DNA of 49,950 nucleotides from a virus: UHGV virus genome UHGV-0359583; one strand, 5' to 3'. Shown piece by piece: positions 46,062 to 49,950 of this stretch (position 1 is its first letter; each line of letters starts with the position of its first letter). The notes under the pieces were generated by a model. It saw only the letters and a program-made list of their open reading frames with translations, ran no database searches and was not told where the DNA came from. The position numbers and the translations under genes were made by a program.

Positions 46062-46547
46062 TTATTTGACCTCCTCACTTAATCCCCAAAAAGGATTTAC
46101 CTTGTAAAACTTCTCAACTTCTCGATTCAAAGATCGCACCATACTTTCTAAAACTGTTGCTCGTGTTCCTAATGTGACATTTTGCTTTTTCGCTTTTTTG
46201 ACACTTGTAATGCCTAAATTGTGTTTTAATTCAGAAAAAATTAGTATTCCCTGATTGCTATATTTCCATTTTAAATCTGGATTAGCTTGAATCTTTTCCC
46301 ATAATTCGTTAGTGACCACTAAATAGTTATAATCACCTAAAAACGTTTGTTTTGCAGAACTTTTTAAGTCTGCCAACGTTACTTTTATTTCATAACATCT
46401 AATAGTGTTGTCAGTAGAATAAGTCACAAAGTCGACTCTTTCCTTGCCAAACCAGCCAATGGTTACCTCAAAACAGCCGAATACTCCCATTTTGTTGGTA
46501 TAGTGCCACAAGCATTTCTCAGCTTGTCTGGTTAAATCAGTTTTCAT
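46062..46547 (-). CDS. PD-(D/E)XK nuclease-like protein
   Basis: 'ERVDFVTY...CYEIKV' is a D...ExK pattern. Confidence 0.4.
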   Translation of the reverse strand: MKTDLTRQAEKCLWHYTNKMGVFGCFEVTIGWFGKERVDFVTYSTDNTIRCYEIKVTLADLKSSAKQTFLGDYNYLVVTNELWEKIQANPDLKWKYSNQGILIFSELKHNLGITSVKKAKKQNVTLGTRATVLESMVRSLNREVEKFYKVNPFWGLSEEVK

Positions 46548-46559
46548 TAGTCACCTACT

Positions 46560-47144
46560 TCATTTAATTCCTAAGACGACATAACCATCTTGTTGGGCAT
46601 AATCTGTAATGTACGTTATTTCTGCGACATGGACATCACCTGTATATTGTCCGTCTTGATATTCGTTTAAGCGTAAGATATCGCCTTTTTGATAGTTACG
46701 GTCATTTTCACGGATTTCAAAACGTTTATTACCTGAAACAACCGCTTCAAAGTATTCTGGTAAAATTTTAAGCTCGTGAATGGTTGGCTCTTTCTCGACT
46801 TCGTAGCCATACCTCATAGCGTCGCACAACGTAAACTGTATATCTGCACTATTACTCAACCAATCATAAAATTCTCCGCTGTAATCCCATTTTTCAGCAA
46901 CAAACCCATCTGAATCAGTTGCGTACTCAACGCTTAAAAAGAGATCAATTATATCAGTGGAATACTTATGTTTATCAAGCCATTCCGCAACAAACTTCGG
47001 AACAACAACTTTTATCGGTTCATCTAGTTGTTTTGCTAAATTAATTGCTCTTTCGTTGGCATAGTCAGCACCTTTCAAATAATCAAGGCTGTCTGTAGAA
47101 ACTTCTATGCATTCTAATTCTTCAATCAATTCTTGTTTATTCAT
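46560..47144 (-). CDS. ASCH/DUF3850-like domain protein
   Basis: C-terminal 'ELKILPEYFEAVVSGNKRFEIRENDRNYQKGDILRLNEY' resembles the ASCH-like family signature. Confidence 0.5.
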   Translation of the reverse strand: MNKQELIEELECIEVSTDSLDYLKGADYANERAINLAKQLDEPIKVVVPKFVAEWLDKHKYSTDIIDLFLSVEYATDSDGFVAEKWDYSGEFYDWLSNSADIQFTLCDAMRYGYEVEKEPTIHELKILPEYFEAVVSGNKRFEIRENDRNYQKGDILRLNEYQDGQYTGDVHVAEITYITDYAQQDGYVVLGIK

Positions 47145-47155
47145 CGCTGTTCCTC

Positions 47156-47404
47156 CTAAAATTTCAGACTGTCGCCTATCATTTTATTTAATTCATAAAG
47201 GACCTCGTGTGGTAACACCGCTTGTACATTGACGCCAGTTTCATCACAATTAATGTCTAATGTGTAATCAACACCCGTCTCCTCATTTTTACGATAGGCT
47301 TCTTTTTCAAGATAAACTTTGTATAAATGCCTACTATTGACAACAATATTTTTTTGTTGCACATTATTGCTGACGTTCTCGTCATATGTTATTTCGTAGC
47401 TCAT
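47156..47404 (-). CDS. Hypothetical protein
   Basis: ORF track. Confidence 0.4.
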   Translation of the reverse strand: MSYEITYDENVSNNVQQKNIVVNSRHLYKVYLEKEAYRKNEETGVDYTLDINCDETGVNVQAVLPHEVLYELNKMIGDSLKF

Positions 47405-47736
47405 TCCGCTTCCTCCTGTTCAATCCAATCTGCAAAAGCTCGTAATACTTGCGCTTGTTGCTTTGAATTCAATCCACAATAAGCTATATCTACGTTCCTA
47501 AGTTCTTTTGAGCCTATCCTTGTCTGCCATTCCCCGAGGAGAAAGACAGCACACATTGGACTTGCGTTATCTTGTTCAACATTTGCTTTCAACCAATCCA
47601 GAACGATCTGCTGATTTTCGTTTAGATATGGCCTTTTAAAACCTTTGACGATGTACAAAATATCTTCTGCTGACATATTTGCTTCGATGCGATCCATTTC
47701 TAGTTGACGTTCAATTTCTTTTATTAGTTCATGCAT
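47401..47736 (-). CDS. Hypothetical protein
   Basis: ORF track. Confidence 0.4.
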   Translation of the reverse strand: MHELIKEIERQLEMDRIEANMSAEDILYIVKGFKRPYLNENQQIVLDWLKANVEQDNASPMCAVFLLGEWQTRIGSKELRNVDIAYCGLNSKQQAQVLRAFADWIEQEEAE

Positions 47737-48144
47737 TTAATTTCCCTCCAATAATTCTGGGTTATCCCATACATTTCCGATAACTTCATATTCTTCGCTG
47801 TCAATGAATCTAACAGATGTTAATTTTCCATTTCTTAGCATTTTGGTGCAGAATGAACCTTTTTCAAATACAACAACGCTATTATTTATATGCGATTCGA
47901 AAGGAATGTAATATACTAAATCCCCCTCAAAAATTTCAACGCCGTTCTTGTCTTTTAATCCTGTGGATTGCATAAGAACATACTTATCAATCATTCCCCA
48001 CATGCCATTTCCTAAGTTGATAAGAGGTGCTATAAATCCTGTATCATCATCAATAGTCCATTCTACATTTTTATCTTCATCAGGATAATACATTACGTTT
48101 TCTTCTACTGAGTAAGCTCTAAACTTCGGAATCATCTTATTCAC
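47737..48144 (-). CDS. YopX-family protein
   Basis: 'KFRAYS...STGLKDKNGVEIFEGDLVYY' matches the YopX pattern. Confidence 0.55.
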   Translation of the reverse strand: MNKMIPKFRAYSVEENVMYYPDEDKNVEWTIDDDTGFIAPLINLGNGMWGMIDKYVLMQSTGLKDKNGVEIFEGDLVYYIPFESHINNSVVVFEKGSFCTKMLRNGKLTSVRFIDSEEYEVIGNVWDNPELLEGN

Positions 48145-48368
48145 TCGCTTTCTAATATTTCCACTTCTTCCGCTGAAAGAAAACTAGCAAGACAATTTCC
48201 ATCACAAAACATATTGTCTGTTCCATCTTCAAACTGGAAAAAATTAACTATCATAAAATTGTCTCTAATTGTTAAATATGATTGATTAGTAAATTCTCCA
48301 TCATTAAACAATGCGTTACCACAATTAGCACACGTAGAACTTTCTTTCTGAAAATTTGGATATGACAT
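48141..48368 (-). CDS. Small Cys-rich (zinc-ribbon-like) protein
   Basis: 'CANCGN...CDGNC'. Confidence 0.4.
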   Translation of the reverse strand: MSYPNFQKESSTCANCGNALFNDGEFTNQSYLTIRDNFMIVNFFQFEDGTDNMFCDGNCLASFLSAEEVEILESE

Positions 48369-48389
48369 ATTTTTTTCCTTACTTCTTTT

Positions 48390-49187
48390 TTAAAATAAAT
48401 TTATTTGTTCATTCGGTTCATAATTTAGCCATAACACTTCAGTACGATTAGACTTTTTCTTTGTCGTAATGCCTACTTTTGTTTGTTGCTTGATAACATT
48501 CCAATTTTTCAATACAGAATTATATAATTCGCTGTCATACCCTGATAAAATCACTTTCCCCTGATGATTTATTAAAGTAGTCAATAATTCTTCGTGTTGA
48601 TGGTTGGTAAATCCGTTCTCATAATGATCACTGACCAAGCTTGATGCGATATAGGGAGGATCACAATAAATCAAAGTGTCTGGATCATTATGTTCTTTAA
48701 TCAATTGAATCCCATCTTTACATTCAATTTGAGCATTTTTCAATCTAGCGGCTGCATAGCCGATCCGATTGAACATATCCGTCCATTCGTAAGCCGTATA
48801 TGGACCGTTCCAACTTATATTTTTTCTAAAACCAGGCATCGCCACTGTTTTACCGCCAACACCAAACCATAAGCGAACGGCCATTCGTCTAGCGTCTTCA
48901 ACTGGATCAACAGCTATTTCGTTTGACCTTATAAATTCTTCGCGTGAGTACAGCGTGTGATAAATGAGATACTGAAGCTTTTCAGGATCATCTCTCATCA
49001 CTCTGAATAAGTTGACTAATCGTGCGTCGATATCATTTATTGTTTCAAGAGTTACTCTTGGTTTGTTTAGAAAAACAGCCAGACTACCCATGAATGGTTC
49101 TAAATATGCTTTATGCTTAGGCATCTGACTAATTATCAAATCAGACATACGCCATTTGCTTCCTGGATAATTCAATATTCTTTTCAT
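48390..49187 (-). CDS. Dam-like N6-adenine DNA methyltransferase (D12 class), orphan
   Basis: 'YPGSKWR' is an N-terminal motif. 'EPFMGSLAVF' is motif I-like. 'YCDPPYIAS' is the DPPY motif. Confidence 0.8.
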   Translation of the reverse strand: MKRILNYPGSKWRMSDLIISQMPKHKAYLEPFMGSLAVFLNKPRVTLETINDIDARLVNLFRVMRDDPEKLQYLIYHTLYSREEFIRSNEIAVDPVEDARRMAVRLWFGVGGKTVAMPGFRKNISWNGPYTAYEWTDMFNRIGYAAARLKNAQIECKDGIQLIKEHNDPDTLIYCDPPYIASSLVSDHYENGFTNHQHEELLTTLINHQGKVILSGYDSELYNSVLKNWNVIKQQTKVGITTKKKSNRTEVLWLNYEPNEQINLF

Positions 49188-49244
49188 AATTTAAAGGAGT
49201 AAAGAATTCTTTACTGTGGCCACAAACTCCACTCCTTCCGCTTT

Positions 49245-49472
49245 CTAATTAATTAATACATAGAACCCTTGTGATATAGATACTTTACCGAAAATATCAA
49301 GTTTGATTTCAATTTCGTTAAGCGTCATGCTCGTTTTATGAGATAGTTGGTCACCTAGTCCTAGATTCCTTAGCATCACGTATTCTTCTTTTGTAAGTTC
49401 ATCAATATCAACTGATTCAATTTTTTTATCGATACCGTTTTTTGATATTAATTCCACATTTTTGAATTTCAT
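49245..49472 (-). CDS. Hypothetical protein
   Basis: ORF track. Confidence 0.35.
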   Translation of the reverse strand: MKFKNVELISKNGIDKKIESVDIDELTKEEYVMLRNLGLGDQLSHKTSMTLNEIEIKLDIFGKVSISQGFYVLIN

Positions 49473-49502
49473 GTTCTGTTCCTTTCACTACATTTATAAA
49501 TT

Positions 49503-49697
49503 TTATAGTTTAATTATTCTCGTAATCTCTACTGGTTTAATAATCACATCACCGATTTTTACAAATTTGTATTTATATTTATCGTCATTTAGTATTGAAG
49601 TTAAATTTTTGAATGTTTCAGCAAATATTTCTGTATCAAAAGTAGCCATTGTAAAAGATCCAGTATTAATAAAAATTCTAATTTTGATTATTTTCAT
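49503..49697 (-). CDS. Hypothetical protein
   Basis: ORF track. Confidence 0.3.
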   Translation of the reverse strand: MKIIKIRIFINTGSFTMATFDTEIFAETFKNLTSILNDDKYKYKFVKIGDVIIKPVEITRIIKL

Positions 49698-49721
49698 TTT
49701 TTCACCCTCATCAATTTATAA

Positions 49722-49950
49722 TTAATTTTTTACGGCTTTCGTTAAATCAAAACCAAGAGCAGTTGGGTAGCCTTCAACGCTTTCTGGTTCAACATGGTAA
49801 CGATGATTTTCAATATCCATCTTGCTGGCTTTTGATACCTTCTCTAAAATGCTACCTGACCAGCTTTTACGATACCCTGCTTTCTTTTTTGACTTCGGAT
49901 TTACACAACTTCTAGCGCCTTCGTCCGTCGCTTTACAGGGAATGACAAAC
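49722..49950 (-). CDS. Hypothetical protein, partial (N-terminus lies beyond the right edge)
   Basis: Open minus-strand frame to the window edge, ending '...GYPTALGFDLTKAVKN*'. Confidence 0.4.
   Translation of the reverse strand, partial: FVIPCKATDEGARSCVNPKSKKKAGYRKSWSGSILEKVSKASKMDIENHRYHVEPESVEGYPTALGFDLTKAVKN

Larger units (their letters stand above)
1..49950. mobile_element. Near-complete temperate phage genome with a contractile tail (PBSX-like tail and lysis modules), circularly permuted; int and the att-like repeats are contiguous with the lysis module
   Basis: The full set of phage modules (lysogeny, replication, packaging, head, myovirus tail, lysis) is present. No obvious host genes are seen. 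Confidence 0.8.

Noticed and set aside
1-49950. Insertion sequences or transposases, and a second independent mobile element
   Set aside because: No transposase-like ORFs or terminal inverted repeats were seen. All modules fit a single phage genome once circular permutation is allowed for.

Overview
This window is essentially one low-GC, Firmicutes-type temperate phage genome. Almost every gene sits on the minus strand. The window is circularly permuted.

Layout, reading the minus strand from high to low coordinates:
- Early and regulatory genes (49950->44359): Dam-like methyltransferase, YopX, ASCH-like, PD-(D/E)XK, a mini P-loop ATPase and an ArpU-type late activator.
- A tRNA-like gene (44110..44192), a ParB-methyltransferase fusion, and the small and large terminase subunits.
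- Portal, a gp7 head morphogenesis protein fused to an ADP-ribosyltransferase domain, scaffold and major capsid.
- A contractile-tail module of the PBSX type: sheath, tube, chaperone pair, tape-measure protein, LysM tail protein, XkdQ/R/S-like proteins, baseplate J, XkdU-like protein and tail fibre.
- A PBSX-type lysis module: XkdX-like, XhlA-like, holin, and a Sec-signal amidase endolysin.
- tRNA-Met.
- An insulated two- to three-gene accessory cassette at 13867..15826.
- An att-like repeat region at 13190..13570.

The lysogeny module sits on the plus strand at 8354..13167: XRE repressor, ImmA-like peptidase, lipoprotein, a stand-alone ThsA-like SIR2 protein and a tyrosine integrase. It is divergent from a cro-like gene and the early replication/recombination genes, which run from 8188 down to the left edge (excisionase-like protein, SbcC/Rad50-like ATPase, MBL-fold protein, DnaD-like protein, RecU-like resolvase).

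Int, the att repeats and the lysis genes are contiguous. The sequence therefore looks like the attP-intact (virion or circular) form rather than an integrated prophage with host flanks.

The two best candidates for an undescribed system are:
1. A terminator-flanked operon coupling a short HipA/HipT-like kinase (325 aa) to a DUF3037-like protein (296 aa) plus a 45-aa ORF, in the classical moron slot between lysis and att.
2. A solo ThsA-like SIR2 (NADase-type) protein whose C-terminal 240 aa are not SLOG-like, with no TIR partner, insulated by terminators inside the lysogeny module.

All calls come from reading the sequence and motifs by eye. No database searches were run.
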